In this document: positions 26,001 to 41,000 of the stretch, in pieces
Layout: each line of letters opens with the position of its first letter
Position numbering within the stretch: position 1 is the first letter of the stretch
The notes under the pieces: generated by a model
Database searches by the model: none
Told to the model about the DNA's origin: nothing
Seen by the model: the letters and a program-made list of their open reading frames with translations, nothing else
Translations under genes and position numbers: made by a program
Assembly: GCF_001194135.2 (NCBI RefSeq)
Contig: NC_068990.1
Coordinates: forward strand, 88,489,180-88,553,179
Direction: 5' to 3'
Length of the DNA stretch: 64,000 nucleotides
Source of the DNA: Octopus bimaculoides
Taxonomy: Eukaryota

Positions 26001-29000
26001 CCAAGGATTTTATAAAGTTGCCCATAGTATTCCAAGACCAGAAAAATCTTTGAAAAAAAATTGCCACCTCATTCATATCATAGCCCAGAGAATCCCTGAT
26101 AATATCGGTGCTCTTTCCCCCTCAATTAATTTTCTATAGATTGTGTAATGCTCACCAATTACATTGCCCACGTCAAGTGTGATCCAGTATAACAGTAAAT
26201 GTTGAACATAATATTGATTTCAAATTTCAGTAATTTTGGGGGAGGGGATAAGTTGATTACATTGACCCCAGTGCTCAACTGGTACTTACTTTGTCAACTC
26301 TGAAATGATGAAAGGTGAAGTTGAATGTAATAGCATTTGAACTCAGAACATAAATTCAGAAGAAATGCTGCTAAGCATTTTCCCCATTATGAATCAATCA
26401 GCTCACTGTCTTATTGTTGAACATAATATTGCAAGCTAAGTGATCAGATACAGTTTATCCTCTGGTATAATACTTTGCCTATTTCAACACCACCACCTGG
26501 CTCTTCAGGTGGTCATTGTGATGATGGTGTTGGACAATACTTGGTGCAATGTTATTTGATTTATTGCAATAGCAAACACTCACATTGACCCACAGTTGCT
26601 CAGGCTTGGCATGGACCACATTAATCTCAGAATTATAGAAGGGAGGGTGGTCTGAAAAAAATGTCATGATATTGCTATTTCTGACATGGCTAACTTAATA
26701 GAAAATAAAAATACCACCTTATTGTAATCAGTTATTTGTTAAGGGATTAGCCAAAGAGGAGAGCCCCTATTGTCAGACTTTTCAACTTCTTTTGCTATAG
26801 CTAGCAGATAGAGGAAAAGGAACTTCTCTGCTTAGTTAAAGGAGAGAATAGGGCAATCGTCATGACAAACTTGAATGATAGCCAAATCTGTACTGCACAC
26901 AGTATCTGATGCATGATATAAATCTATAACTCCTAATTTCAAATTCATCTCATGTCAACTTTGCCTTTCCAGAGCCAATGAAATACAATGCCAGTCAAAT
27001 GTAGAGGCCAATTTAATTGACCACTTCTGACCTCATATTTTTGTCCTGCTTTCTATGTTAGAAATTATTATTGTTGTTGCTGTTGTTTTTATGCTTACCT
27101 AAATTTTAATTTAATTACAGTTGCTCAGTACCATTTTATGCAAGTAAAAGATGCGATTCTGGAGGTATCTGGGAAAATATTGTGGAAACAGGAAAAGGTA
27201 ACAGCAGACATGTGTGCAGAAAAATGTCTGTCTGACATTACTTGTTTATCATTTGAAATAACTGAAGAAAATGGAAAATGTTACTTATCAAAAGAAAGTG
27301 CAGCTATCTCTAAGAAAATAAATACAGCCAAAAGCAGAGATTACTACCAACGAATAAACCGTAATTACTCTCTGTATATTATTATTGAATTCTCTTTTCC
27401 TCTTTTTCTGAAAAGTTTTATTCCATTTGTATTTCATAATATAGATAACCATTTCTGTAAAGACCTTGACATTTATAAGGAGAGACAAAGACATAGTCCT
27501 GAAAAACAAAGCAGTATTAACTCATAAAGCGCTGGGATTTGCACTTACATAACATGGACTGCTGAGCACATTTTATGAAAATGAGACTACCATGCACACA
27601 CAAAAAGCAAAAAATAGTCAAAATATCTTCTTAGTGTATAATGGTGGTAACTTTTACATCATCTGAAAAGTCATTAGTCGAACTATTAGTCCTCTTGCAT
27701 TCTGGGCATTTGAGTAACATATAATATATTGTACATTTAAAACAAATTATGCACCAGATGCTATATAAATTTTAAATATGTGTGTGTGAGTATAAGATAT
27801 ATTTCTTGTTTCCTTTCTCTTTTCCAGTCAACGATGAGTTTGTTGCATTTAAAAAAACTTTCATACCAGGACATGACGCATTTCCACAGCTGACAAACAT
27901 GAGCTTAATGCAGTGTTATCAAGCCTGTCATAAAACCCTAAGATGTAACTCCTTTGAGTATAATGAAAGATCTAAGCTCTGTAATCGAAGTAATGTGACT
28001 CAATTGACTCACAACCTTATACCCAACAAAGAGGGTTGGGATATTTACCTCATTAACACAGGTCAGTAGAGCATTTAATTTTTCGTGTGTGCACAAGCAT
28101 GTATGTTTGTGTTCATTTGTATTTACATATATGTGCATCTATAATACATACACACACACACTTACGCATATATGCACATCAGTTCTAGGGATCCTGTAGC
28201 TTCATCAACAGCTTGTTAGCACCTATCATACATATGGCTTGTATAGAACAATCAAAAGACAATAAATAAATCGACCTATAAAATTTATTAATCAACATAT
28301 CAGATTCACTTCATCATGTATAAAAATTAATGAAGTAATTGTAGTGGTGCGTGTGGCCGCCATTGGCCGCCATCTTGGGAAGTGCCATTGCGCATGTGCA
28401 AGGGATTAGCCGTCAGTGGAAGTACCCGAGCACGCATGCGCAATGCAACAGGTGTAGAGAAAGCAATAGCGTTCTCTCTCTTATCCATCCAGCAGCTGTG
28501 GAGACAGGAGGTTCTTTCAGGCTGTCCCAACTCGACCCCGACATGTGGTCGAAGCTTCTTTGGTATTCTAGTGGCATGCCTGTTCACCCAGGAACGAAAC
28601 GGCTCTACACCAACNNNNNNNNNNAGACAGGAGGTTCTTTCAGGCTGTCCCAACTCGACCCCGACATGTGGTCGAAGCTTCTTTGGTATTCTAGTGGCAT
28701 GCCTGTTCACCCAGGAACGAAACGGCTCTACACCAACCTAGAATAAATTATTGATCTGCTGTTACTGTTATCCCTCGTGTTGTTGTATTTCTGGATTTTA
28801 ATGATTAATATAAGAACTGGGGAGAGATGGCCGAGCCATCATATCTCATCCAATTCTTATATAATTTTGATGATAAATACTGCACAACACGAGATTCAAT
28901 TACCGTTTACATTGCACCATATGTGATAAATAAACACAAGAATAATCTCTTTCTATTAAGACTTCAAGAAGAACAACCTCCATTGTTTTCTCTCTTACTT

Positions 29001-32000
29001 CGCCTAATTTAGGCTTTTTGGACACATTTTCTTCACTTTTCACACTTATAAGTCATTTCATTAGGAACATATCAAGAGAAGTGTGCTTTTTCCTGCTTTC
29101 TGAAACGTTATGAAAATGCACCAGAGCAGTTTCATAAAATAAAGCAGCTGCACGACCTGCAGATACTTTTCCAGGATGGTATTTATCTACAAATTGAGAA
29201 ACATACTGCCACTTTGCCAACACTGCTTTTATGTCAATCATAAAGATAGCCTTCTCTGATACACTGTCCTCTTCCGGGGAACCACTGCTTCTGAATCTGC
29301 AGGAGTTCATCTGTAGTCAGTTCCTCTGAGTGTTCCTCGACGAGATCGTTAATGCCCACACCGTCAACCTTGAGGCCCATGGACTTGCCAAGAGACACTA
29401 TTTCTTTGACTACAAGTGTCTCAAATTTGAAAACCTTGAAGTATCTTATGGACATGCTATCAGGCTACATTTTCCTCCATGCATTAAGTGAGTTGGGATG
29501 CCCAGGGCATTAATCTAAAATGAAAAGAACTTTGAAATCGAAATTATTATTTTTTTCAATATTTTTCAAATGTGGAACAAAAATTCACATTGAACTATTC
29601 TTCAAACAACTTCTTTGTTACCCAAGCCATTTTATTCTGAAAGTTACTGAAAGGGATTGCTTGTTATTGCCTTTTAATGCTCTTGGGTTCATTGTACGAT
29701 AAATTAGCATCGGTTTTAATTTGCATTCAACTTTGGCATTACCTCCAAGTAGAAGTGTTAATCTATTCTTAGGTGCTTTATAACCTGGTGTTGTCACCTC
29801 TTCTCCTGCCAGAAAAGTTTTTGTTGACATTTTTTTCCAGAATAGACCAGGTTCATCAACATTGAGGATTTAACGATAATGCTACCAATTTTCTGTGCTG
29901 ATAAATGTTGTTTGTCACTTACAGCCAATGGTACTTAAAAAATGAAATATGACACAAATAAACAGAATTCTTTAAAAAAAGCACCTATTGTTTTTGTTTT
30001 TTTAAATTTAATAAAATACAATCAAAATTTTCTTTAACTTGTATATTTTATTTTTATTCCAGTGAAACATAAGATACTATATAAAAAATCAAGGGGGCAG
30101 TAAAAAAAACCCAAAATTTGCGGATTGTTGTTTTATCTTAGAAAAAAGTTATAATTATAAAATGCAAGAAAAAAATTAGAATGATCTAACTAATGTTTTT
30201 TTCTTTTTATTTTAACAGCTTTGCCATGTTAAACTCCACTGAAAAAAACACATCATTTTTACAAACTTTTTTCTGGTTTTGTTTCTATATAAAATGTTCT
30301 TTAAAAATAGGCATTGTTCAACATGGCTACGGTATTCCTTTCTAATGCAGCCACAAGGGCTGAAATTTTGGAGGAATTAGTCTAATCAATTATATTGACG
30401 CCAGTGCTTGACTGGTACTTAATTTATTGACCCTGAATGGATGAAAGGCAAAATCTATCCCAGTGGAATTTGAACCCAGAGCGCAAGTGTGGGCGGAATA
30501 TTGCAAAGCCTTTCATCCGACTTGCTAACAACTCTGCCAGCTCACCACTGTAATATGGCTACGATATTAGAAGAGAGAGTATTTCCATTTCAGAGTTTTT
30601 GTGTGGTAATTAATTAAAAAGCACTTATTGAAATGAGCTAATCAATATTAAGAGGCAGTCTCAAAAATTTTTTGCACACTAATAATAGTATTCCTGTATA
30701 TATTTTGGAAATGTTTGTATGTTTGTTTCTCGTATCTTACTAACTACTTTTCAGACTCCCCATATCTCAAAGCATTTTATACTACACTTTTCGTGGAAGA
30801 CAGGGGAGGGTGGAACGCTTGTAAATCCTCCCCCCACACAACCTCATGCCCTAGTTTCCTAGTCACCCTTTGCCACTGACTCACATATATACATGCATAC
30901 ATTTTATTCATTCTTTTCAACCATTCATTTGCAAGCCTTTGGTCAGCCTGGAGCTATAGAAGACACTTGTTGAAGGTGCTATGCAACCATGTGGTTGGGA
31001 AGCATGCACCTCATCACACATCCACGTCTGTTTCTATATATGAATGAGGAGAAATGTTATCTGCACTTCACCATAATTTTCTTTAGGCTGACCACACTGC
31101 CTTCAGCACTCACATGCTAAAAGGGAATGCTCTTGTGGTTATGTAACCATTGATAAGGAATCTGCAAATCCAGTACCCAAGATACGCTTTCTGCTTCATA
31201 CCTACTATTATTGGAGCAACAGGATGCATACCAACCCATCTGGAGCAAAGTATGGTTGAACTTGGGATCTTGGGGAGAGAATGCAAATCCTTAATTCATA
31301 TGTTACAAATGATCGCGATAGCTGGGACTATAGAAATTTGCAACACCTTAAGATTTAAAGGATGATAGTGAAAAGAAGATACATACATGCATGTATGCAT
31401 GCATGCATACATACATACATACATACATGTGGGCAATTTTTTTTAAAGTTTGGTTCATTCAATAACTTTCATTGCAGCATTATCATTATCACCTTATTCT
31501 CACCCACCTCCTAACATACACTCACCATTGATATCAATTTCTCTTATCAATTCTAGGTTTCCAAAAAATTGACTGTGGACCTCCAAAAGACGTTGCTGGT
31601 GCTGTGAAAATTTACAAATCCACCACCTTTAAATCTATAGTGACATATAATTGTCCAAGGGGAGGAGTATTTAAGTCAATGTGTGAAAAGGACAAAAAAT
31701 GGACTCCAGTACCTCCTACTTGTGAAGGTAATGTAAATAGCTTCCCTTTTGTTGTCACTGTCCAGGTATTTTTTTTTTAATGCTTGTGTTAAATATCTTT
31801 GTCAGAGGAAGTCTGGTTGACACCATGACAATTTCCTCAATGTTTGACTGGTGAAAGAGAGAGACGAATCTAGCTTCATACCACAGTCCTCCCCAAATGC
31901 TTGGACATCATTAAGGGCCAGGTTTTAAATTGGGTGAAGGATTAAATCTGTCAACCAATTAGGGAAAATATGGATGCTTTTTCTCTCTCGTAAGCTTCCA

Positions 32001-35000
32001 CACAGTTTCCTTCAACCAGATTTCATTCTAAGTTGTGAAACAAACTTTTAACCACACAACCAAGACTCCACCTTGTACCAAAGTGTTGTGAAGTAAACTT
32101 CTTTACCTCACAGTGTTTCTATGTACATTTTCTCTTAATTTCTTGCTTTATGATTTTCACCTGAATCATATTTCATCATCCAGAAGTAATTACAATATAA
32201 TGTACTGAGTCCATTTTCACTAGAATTTAACAATCATCTGAAACAGCCTTCCAATGCTTTAATGATTCTTCTCGCCCACCATCACTCTTAATTATAACAA
32301 ATATATCTAATAAAAACAACAGTTTTTAATTCATTCATAAGCCTAGAAATGTTTGGTGGCAGAAGTTTAGACTTTACCATTGACTTCAGTACTTGAATGG
32401 TAATGTATTTTACCAATCCCTGAATGGCTAAAAGGCAATGTTGCCCTTTGCTGGATTTGAATTCAGAACAAAGATTCTGAATACATAATGCAAAGGATTT
32501 CTTCCAAAATTCTAATGATTCTCTAAGTCAACAATCCTTAGTTATAAAGATAGAAATAAATCATTTCTTATATTTGCCACCAGAGCAGCAGCTAATGCTG
32601 GTAATACATAAGCAGACATATTTTCTGGTAGATTACAATCAGATGAATAAAAAGAAAAGTATAAGAGAACATGGTACATCTTTAATAATGATGCTGTCAA
32701 TGACAATGCAGTCCTGCTCATGTAGGAATACTTCTATATTGGTCCTACCAAAAGACACTATGATCCACAATCACAGAGAACTCTGAATGGATATTAGTGA
32801 GGACATATGTGCCCTCACCACTTCATTCCATATCTTCCTTTTCCACAAATTCACTTATTCTAGCAACTGTACATTCAGAACAATCTCCAACAGTGCTATG
32901 AGAAAGAAACTAACTACAACCACTATGGAACCTCACATGCATTTAAGAAAATCCAGTTCTCATGTGCCTTTAGTGTTTATAGTTCCCGCACATCTGCCAC
33001 ATACAGAGATTACTTTCTTATGATTTCACTGCACCTCTGATGTAGCCATATCTTGCACTGGGTACATCGCATGGAATTCAAGCCACATCTTTTCCTACAT
33101 ATCAAGCAGAGTATACACATAATATACATTCACCATTGGTATCAACTTCTGTTTTCAATTTCAGCCTATGCAGACATTGACTGTGGAACTCCAAAGGAAG
33201 TTGTTGGTGCAGTAAAGTCCTATGAAACTACCATCTATAAATCTGTAGTGACCTATACTTGTCCAAAGGGAGAACAGCTAAAGTCAATATGTGAAACGAA
33301 CAACAAATGGACTCCAGTGGCAAAAACATGTAAAGGTAATGTAAATAGCTTCTCTTTTGTTGTCTCTGTCTAAGTAATTTTGTTTTATTTTTGTGTTGAA
33401 TGTGTTTGACAAAAGAAACTGGCTGGAAATACAACTTCCACAGTGTTTGTGGCTAGTGGGAGGGAGGGAGGAAATTATCCTCAAACTTTAGACCTTCCCA
33501 AATGTTTGCAACAAAGTGGACATCATAAATCTTACCAAGTCCCCCAGAAAATTGTCCAAAGTATTCTCTGGTCCAAAGTCCTTCAAAACAAACTTATCAG
33601 TTTGTTTCCATCAATGACCTGAGCAATCCTGGGAATGTTAATCTCTCTCCATAAGCCTGAATAAATTCCTTGAAAAGAACATCCACCAATCCCATTGCCC
33701 TGGTCATATATGATCCTACACACTATATCTTCTGAAATCTTTTGGATTATGTAAGATAACATTGAAACCATTTTTTATGTTTTTATGATGGTTGGTTGTG
33801 TGATTGAAGGATATTTTGTTGATATTTCTAACATGTCAGCCATCCACATAGAGGGGATCCTCTACAGTAAATATTGAACTTAATATTGTATGCTAACAGT
33901 TGTAACACAGCTTATCATCTGGTGTGATGGTGTGATCTCTTTCCTAGTTTAGCACCACCACCTGACCCTTCAGTATTCATGGCAAATGTGGTTCTCAAAC
34001 ATGGTCAGTGTTTGTATATTTATTACAATGTCAAACACTCATAATGACCCACAGTTGCTTCAGCTGAGCATAGACAACATTAATCATACAAATGTAAGAG
34101 AGAAGGTGGCCTGAGACTTTCATGACATAGCTGCTTCAGTCATGGCTAGCTTGTTAAAATATATAAGTAACAACTCATTGTAATCAATTTATATTTATTG
34201 TTTAGGCACATAGTTAAGCCTTATTAGAGAAAGCAATGAGATTGTGTTATATCCATGCCTTTCTAAAGGTCATTAACTATGTAAAGTGAACTGACTTGGA
34301 CTGAGAATCAAACTCAATCATTGACTCACACCATTCCGTTCATATTTATACTAAAAGAACAACTAAGGAAGAACACTCAATGTCATTTCCTGCAACAAAA
34401 ACAAATAGTAAATCATCATCATCATCATCACCGTTTAACGTCCGCCTTCCATGCTAGCATGGGTTGGGCGATTTGACTGAGGACTGGTGAAACCGGATGG
34501 CAACACCAGGCTCCAATCTAATTTGGCAGAGTTTCTGCAGCTGGATGCCCTTCCTAACGCCAACCACTCAGAGAGTGTAGTGGGTGCTTTTACGTATCAC
34601 CCGCACGAAAACGGCAAAGTGCTTACTTATTGAACCAAGATATGATTAACTAAAATGTTTACCATCAGTGTGTGTGGCAAAATTATCATGTTAAAAACTT
34701 ATTCTGGTCATGATGTTCAGACGTGACAACCTTGTAAAGATGATCACTTTCTTTTCTTTCATTTCATTCAAAGAATAATTTTGCTGAATTAAAATTTCTT
34801 AACTTGCCACTTTAAGTTGTGAGTGTTCACCTTTACTACATATTTTCATTTATTCACTAGATGATGAAAGGGAAATTATTTTTGTATTCCCTGGTAAAAC
34901 ATTGCAAAATAGTAAAGTGGTGAGTTGTAGTCCATGCCATGACTAAGCATATGTAATCATGTCCTTTTACACATTGCATTCAGATCCCAGAATGCTGTAC

Positions 35001-38000
35001 TTCGCTGTTCATAATTCTGAGGTTGATAAAACAAGCACTAGTCAAGTTCTAGTTCTAAGATTGATTTACTTTGATGAATCCTCAGTGCTGAATACGTGGC
35101 CTTGTGTTTAAGTTAGGAAACATTATTAGTATTGTTACCATCAACAATAATTATAATTATTCTTCTTGTTAAGGGTGACGGATTAACAGAATCATTAAAG
35201 CATCAGACAAAAGGTGTTGTGGTATTTTTTCTGTCTCTTTAACCTCCAAATTCAGATCTTACTAGTGTTAAATTTTCCCTTCCTGAACCAATAAGATAAA
35301 ATACCAGAGAAGTGTAGAGGCCAATTTACTTGACCAATTCTGATCACGAAGATTCAGCCTAATTTCTTTGTTTGAAATTGTGTTGTTATTTTTCATCGGT
35401 CTAAATTTTACTTTAACTCTAGATTCTGAAATCCATTTTGTAAAAGTAAAAGGTGGAGCTATGGGTGTATCTGGAAAAATATTATGGAATAAGAAAAAAG
35501 TAACAGCAGAAGCCTGTGCACGAAAATGTTTGATTGACGAAAGATGTTTATCATTTGAAATGAGTAAAAAAAATCGAAAATGTTACTTCTCAAAGGAAAC
35601 TGCAGCTACCTCTAAGAAAATGAAAAAAGACAACAGCAGAGATTATTACCAACGAGTAAAACGTAATTATTCTTTTTCCTCTTTTTCTGAAATTTGTGAT
35701 TCCATTTGTACTTCATAGTATGTAAACAACTATTTCTGTAATGACATTGATAAGTGTATCTATAATAGGTATCCCTATGAATTTTTGAAAATATTTAACT
35801 GTAATTTCTACTGTTATTTTTTTCTTGGAGAGCATAAAAAATATTTGATACCTCATTTGCAGATATACAGATATACACAAACAAACACACATGCACGTGC
35901 ATGTATGCACACAATACAAATTACATACCTATATATACATATATAGGCATAGAAACATACAGTGATATACAAATTGTGATAAAAAAGCCTATGACATAGA
36001 CCCGTCCACTTCCAGAGGAACTTTCATTGAAACACATCTGATAATCAATAATCAGCCCCTTCAAGCTGTAAGAAGATTCACTTTCATTGGAAGTATGCTG
36101 TCAAAGAGTGTTCACATTATTGATGTACTGAATACAAAGAAAGCAAAAGCCAGATCTGCCTTTGGACATCTTTGCTTCTAGGTTTATCTAGAATCGTGAA
36201 ACTTGATGTATACAAAACTGTTGCAGTGACTACATTACATTATGGATACGAAACCTGAACAGTTTACAAAAGACATGCAAAAGAATTACTTCACCAATCA
36301 TGCCTGTGAAAAGTTCACTGCAGCAAGTGGCAAGATAAAATTCCAAACAACTGCTGCACTAGTGAGAGCTAGTATGTCAAGCATGTATGTTTTCTTAAGT
36401 AAATAAGTAAATTCCAGTTGTGGTAAAGTTGACATGTAGTTTCATGCCTGACTGCAAACTCCCTAAACTATGTTGAACTCACAGTTGTCTCTCAGTCTTG
36501 TGGTGAACTGAAGAAGAGAAACAAAGACACTCTCAAGACAAATTGTAACTCAGAACAGTCTGTTGGGGGAACATCTTGCTCCAGGATATTCAATGTGCCA
36601 TAGTTCTGTGTACTCTAAAGTGCAAAACTCAGAATCAGAAATGATCAGAAAAACTATTATGTGTTTCCACTCTACTTGTGGATTTTATGCTACTACTGGG
36701 CCTTACACACATATTTTAGCATATTTTTCATAATATACATAGTGCATTCCAAATGGTTTTTATTCCAACAAATTGCTACCTATGGTACTACGGGAACAGG
36801 CTATTATTGCTACTATAATGCAGTTTGAAGTCTACATCAGTTTGTACATTTAATACGACCTACTTATATAATTTCAGTGGTTGTTTTTTCCAGTTTGAAC
36901 TGAGGCAATGCATAGACCATGCAGGCAGCCAAACATACCCCAGGAAAGTTTTTTTCTGCCCTCAGGGGCCCCATTACTTATTATGGGAAAACTTTTAAGG
37001 GTCTAAAACCATCTCCAAAACATATGTAATGTATGTTCTCAGTTTGGAGAAAATCAGTTGCAAACTTCAGAAGTTCTACGGGTTTACACAAACACACACA
37101 CATCTTCAGTTTTACATATATAAATTTACCATTTACACAACTTTGTACAATGTGCTTTGCAGTATTTAATATAAATGTGTGTGTGTGTGTGTGTGTGCAT
37201 ATATATATATATATATATATGTGCATGCACACGCACCCATATATATAATGTATTTCTTGTTTTGTATTGTTTTGCAGCCGATGAGGAGCCTATTATATTT
37301 AAAAAAGTTAGCATACCAAAGAAGTTTATTTTAGAAAAGCTTAAGAATAAGACTTTGCAGGAGTGTAATGAAACTTGCTACCAAAATTCAGTATGTAGTT
37401 CTTATGAGTACAATAAGAAAGCTAAATTGTGTGCTCTGAGCAATATGACTCAGTTGTCTGGTAAACTTCAACCTAACTATGGAAGCTGGGATACATTCCT
37501 CATTCAGCCAGGTCAGTAGAATGTTTCCATTTAATTTATTGTCTGCATGACTGTATTTTCACATATACATATATGTTTGTACTAATATGTGTGTGTACAT
37601 GGAGATACAAGTTGCCAAAAATCATTAGTGAAAATTTGAAAAAACTTTTGATTCTCATAATTTTTTAATATTAATTTTAATTCTCTGCAACCCTCATAAA
37701 TTTATAATCCTCATAAAATTCCCAATGCTCTTAATACTATCTATTTCTCACAAAATTCTTGATAACATACAATTTTAATTCCAAAAAAAACACAATTAAC
37801 AATACATGAATCTGAAGGAAACATGCCACTTGCAACAATTCAAAATTTTGTTGGAAATTGTACAACTTAACTAAACATCTAAATGGGCAATTTACAACCG
37901 TCATTCTGACCCACAAAATTCTTTGCATGTACAATACTCAAGAAGACGTGGGATGAAGTGGTAAGGGCTGACCTCAAGATATTGGGCCTCACGGAGGAAA

Positions 38001-41000
38001 TGACAATGGAATGAGATGTCTGGCAAATAGGGAGTTCTAGAGAAGACCTGCCCACATCAGCGAAACTGAGTTCTAGAAGCACTGTATGCCCCATCCACAT
38101 TTAACATGAAAACTTCTCACACACTCTACCACAACAAATCAAACTACATCTCTTCTTCATATTTCCACTTCATGGATGTGTGTGTGTCCATGTAAGTAAG
38201 CCCATCTCTCCTGTAACCAGTCAAGCATTGGTCAACTACATCTATCACAGCCTGGTTTATTTTACTTTGCAGAGCTTTTTTAAAAGTATTTCGCCCATGT
38301 CTTTAATCCTCTTCACATTATGTGTGTGTGGGCAGGGGGTGGGATGCAGGTAACTTTAGTCTGTTACAGTCAATATCTTATATTCTAAATTTGTTATCTC
38401 CTCATTCTCACCCACTTCCAAATGTTTATACACCATTGATATCGATTTCTCTTATCACTTCCAGCTTATACAAAAGTTGATTGTGGACAACCAAAAGACA
38501 TTGATCGTACATTGATGTCCTACACTACCACCACCTATAAATCTGAAGTAACCTATACTTGCCAAGAAGGAGAAAAGTTGAAGTCAGTATGTAAAGAGGA
38601 CCATAAATGGACTCCAGTGGTGTCTTCTTGTAAAGGTAATGTAAATAGGTTCTCACTTGTCTCTGTCTAGGTGATTTTGTTTAATTTTTTTTTATTACAT
38701 ATCTTTGTCAGAGGAAGAATAGCTAAATCCATGACAATTTCCATTGTATTTGTGGCTGGTGGGAAGGAAAGAGAAAGCTATCTTCAGATCAGATAACTTA
38801 CCAAATCCATGCAACAGAGTGGACTTAATTAAAGCTATCCAAGGATCAGGTATTGGCACTAAAACCACTATTGCAGAAATTGGAAGCTTTTGAATGAGGT
38901 TGTAAAAGAACCATGTTGGCATATGCACACATCACCATCATAGTGCTGAACACCAGGCATGTAAACCTAATCAGCACTGCACTCTAAAAGAATATGAGGC
39001 AATGACAGAAGCAAAAACTAGGCAAGAGAAGTCAGTGGGCCTGCTGCTTGGTACCTGGAGAAGCAGGCCCATGCTATCCAATGACATCATGGGATGCTGG
39101 ATGGAGAAACCGGTTAAATTGCTCGGGTTTGGTTTGGTCCAGATCTCCTGGTGGAAAAGAACTGAGATGAGGTGAAGACCAAGGTGGCCAATGTCATGCA
39201 GAAATGGGCTGAGAGAAAGCTATCTCTGAAAAGTCAGGCAGAAGTGGCAAGTGCTTACATTGTACCCATAATATATTACTGCCTGACCATCATACTCTTC
39301 CCTGGCACTCTATTTGTAATATCCACTGAATGGTGGACTAAGCATAGTATGGCTACTGATGCACAGACATGCACTGAGGCTATATTCCTAGTGCTTCCTT
39401 GATGGTGAGCAGGTGTAGTTGCCATTTATCCAAAACTTGTCTCTTTGCCTGGCACTTAAAGTGTCATCAGCCACTGTCAGTCAGGCAATGTGATCAGTGG
39501 AAATTCCACTCTGGCATTCTATAGAGGGTTAGTGGCATTCAAGTGTGACAGTGTTCTCGGGAAGAATCTGGGCATCAACAAGAATCAACTGGCTGGTCTG
39601 TTCTGGAGGACTTTTGGGCCAGGATTTATGGATAATATCTAGAAATCCTCAGCCTGGCTGTGCTACTGGGAGGCAGCGCAGCATTGCCAGATTGAGATAA
39701 ACTCTACAAGTATGGAAGTGCTATCTGTCAGGCTTGCCCAAGAGGCACACAGTGTGACAAAACTGTTCTGCAGATTCTCATCCAGTGCCTAAGCATTGCT
39801 GACTTGTGGGTTTAGCTTGAACACGTGTAGGACAGATATGGCTATCAGCTGAGTTCATTCTGAAGATCATCCCACTGCCTTCCTTTGACTAGGAAGGGCA
39901 GATAGTGTTATTTTGTTTGGAGACCTTAGTGAAAGTGGTTGTGTGGTGGACCAGATTGAAAGTGCTGAAGACAGATACTTTCCTCTCTGGCCAAGCTCTC
40001 ATCAACCTTTTCAAGTTTCACTTGAAAAGGAAAGGAAGGGTATTTCACCTTTCATACTTCTGAGGTTGATAAATCAAGTGCTGTTCAAGTACTGATTTTT
40101 ATGTGTGCTTACACTGCAGAACATGTGGCCTTGTGCTTAAGTTAGAAACTATCATCATAAAATATTGTTACCCTCAATAAAAATTATAATTATTCTTGTT
40201 GACAGAATTATTTGAGCAACAGACAAAATGTGCTGAGGTATTTATTCTAGCGCTTTAACTTATGAATTCAAATCTTGCTGATGTCAGCTCTGCCTTTCAA
40301 TAAAATAAAATACCTATCAAATATAGGGACCAGTTTAATTGATTAACTCCTACCTCAAATTTTTGTCCTTCTTTACACGCTAGAAATTATTTTTATTGTT
40401 GTTTACATTTGTTTTTTTGTTGTTTACATTTGTCTCAATCTTACTTTAATTCCAGTTTCTAAGATCTATTTTGTGAAAGTAAAAGGTGCAGTTCTTGATA
40501 CACCTAAGAAAACCTTGTGGGATAAGAAAAATGTAACAGTAGATGCGTGTGCACAAAAATGTTTATCTTACAAAAATTGTTTGTCATTTGATATAAATAA
40601 AGTAAGTGGAGATTGTTACTTCTCAAAGGCAAGTGCAGCCTTCTCCAAGAAATTAAAACCAACCAGTGGCAGAGATTACTACCAACGACTAAGACGTAAT
40701 TATTCTGCGTGTTTCTCTTTACCTCTTTTTTTGAAATTTGTGATTGGGCCTAGAACTGTTTTGACTGTCTCTGTGATAACTTCTTTGAACTCATTCCACG
40801 TTTCCTCTCTTCCACCAGTGAGTGGTTTTATCACCTTGAACTTTTCATCACAGCTAGACTGAAACTCCTGCTAGTATTTGATTGAAAAGTGTCTGGATGT
40901 ATTGAAGGCTTTGGGTGTTTGTAATGTTGGAGAACTATGCAGATGTTGATCTTGGCTCTTATGAGTCTGTGGTCTGTCCATATATATATGTCCATATATA

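Noticed and set aside
28502-28737. 113-bp direct repeat and the long ORFs spanning it
   Set aside because: The identical copies flank a 10-N gap, the signature of an unmerged contig overlap.
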